The notes under the pieces were generated by a model that saw only the letters and a program-made list of their open reading frames with translations, was not told the DNA's origin and searched no databases. Positions 62,702-64,000 of a DNA stretch of 64,000 nucleotides are shown here, piece after piece (positions within the stretch are counted from its first letter, which is position 1; each line of letters begins with the position of its first letter). The stretch lies in contig OX597816.1 in assembly GCA_951406725.2 (NCBI GenBank), forward strand, positions 91,636,001 to 91,700,000, read 5' to 3'. A program made the position numbers and the translations under genes. Source of the stretch: Octopus vulgaris (lineage: Eukaryota).

Positions 62702-64000
62702 CATCATCATCATCATCGTTCAACATCCGTTTTCCATGCTGGCATGATTTGGATGGTTTGACTGAGGTCTGGAGAGCCAGTGGCTGCACCAGGCTCCAAT
62801 CTGAGCTGGCAATGTTTCTACAGCTGAATGCTCTTCCGAACGCCAACATCTCAGAGAGTGTAGTGGGTGTTTTTTATGTGCCACTGGCATAGGAACCAGT
62901 CAGGCAGGCCTGGCATTGATTATGTTCAGATAGTGCTTTTTATGTGCCTGTCAGTGGGTACTGGCATTGGCCACATATGAATGGTGCTTTTTGCATGCCA
63001 CTGGCACGGGAGCCAGTCAGGGGGCACTGGCCACAGCCATGATATTGGTTTTCCTTGACCCAATGGGTCTTCTCATGCATATCATATCACCCGACAGTGG
63101 CTGCAATCTCACTTTAGTTGCTGGGTCTTCTCAATCACAGCATATCTCCAAAGGTCTTGGTCTCCTGTCATTGCCTCTGTGAGGCCCAATTTTCGAAGGT
63201 CATGCTTCACCAACTCATTCCATGTTTTCCTGGGTCTACCTCATCCAAAGGTGCCTTCCACAGTTAGGGAGTGGCATTTCCTCACACAGCTATCCTCATT
63301 CACATGCAAACCATGACCATACCGGCACAGTCATCTCTCTTGCCCACCACATCTGATGCTCCTTATGTCCAACTTTTCTCTCAGGGTGCTTACACTCTTG
63401 TGTATGTACCCTGACATTACACATCCAGCGGATCATACTAGCTGCATTTCTTTCAAGCCTACGCATGTCCTCAGTAATTGTGGTCCATGTTTCCCTGCTG
63501 TGTAGCATGGCATCGTACAGTCTACTTTTCATCCTGAGTGAGAGGCTCTTAGTCACCAGTAGAGGTAGGAGCTCCCAGAACTTTGCCTAGGCTATTCTTA
63601 TTCTAGCCACTACACTCTCAGAGCAACCACTCCCACTACAGACTTGGTCACCTAGGTAGCAGAAGCTATTAACTACTTCCAGTTTCTCCCCTGGCATGTG
63701 ATGGAATCTGTTTTCTGTACATCTTCAGTGTTTATTACATCTGTGCATCTGCCACACACAAAAATTATTTTCCCTGTTAACCTTTCTTTGATATTTCTGC
63801 ACATTTTATGTGTCCATAGGTTTACACCAGGTACATTGTATGGAGTTCCTACCTACACCTTTTCTACGGATTGAGCAAGGCCATCTACCTGAAGGGGTTT
63901 GTGATTTGATAGCCTTCCTACTTACTATGACTTTGGTTTTTGCTAGGTTAACTCCAAGGCCCTTCAATTCTAGACCTTGCTTCCACACCTGAATTTTCTT
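62702..64000 (-). mobile_element. RTE-clade LINE 3' portion (continues beyond the window)
   Basis: WKQGLELKGLGVNLAKTKV..GRWPCSI, MLHSRETW, 3' UTR repeats and (CAT)n at 62702-62716. Confidence 0.93.

Overview
AT-rich eukaryotic (metazoan) genomic DNA. The SINE and LINE repertoire and dense (TA)n/(CA)n/(GAT)n microsatellites point to an octopus or other cephalopod genome (inference). I see no intact host protein-coding exon. The one clear genic landmark is a CpG-retaining region (~39.4-43.0 kb) with a probable non-coding first exon on the minus strand (AAG|GTAAGT donor at 42444), so most of 1-42.4 kb is probably a long intron. The rest is mobile-element debris: four large copies of one RTE-clade LINE family with a PHD-type zinc finger inside the reverse transcriptase; Tx1/L1, CR1, R4-like and older RTE fragments; at least four tRNA-derived SINE types; TTAA (piggyBac-type) and hAT MITEs; and pogo and mariner transposase relics. 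The most interesting signals are (1) type I hammerhead ribozyme motifs in small (TA)n-embedded elements, one with an intact core and a long stem II insert (48228-48359), (2) a head-to-head palindromic element joining a tRNA-like Pol III head to a hammerhead-like tail (12200-12671), (3) a SINE whose 3' end matches a Tx1-like LINE in the same window, and (4) the PHD-bearing RTE with a hairpin-array 3' UTR. All calls come from reading the sequence by eye; no searches were run and boundaries are approximate unless motif positions are given.
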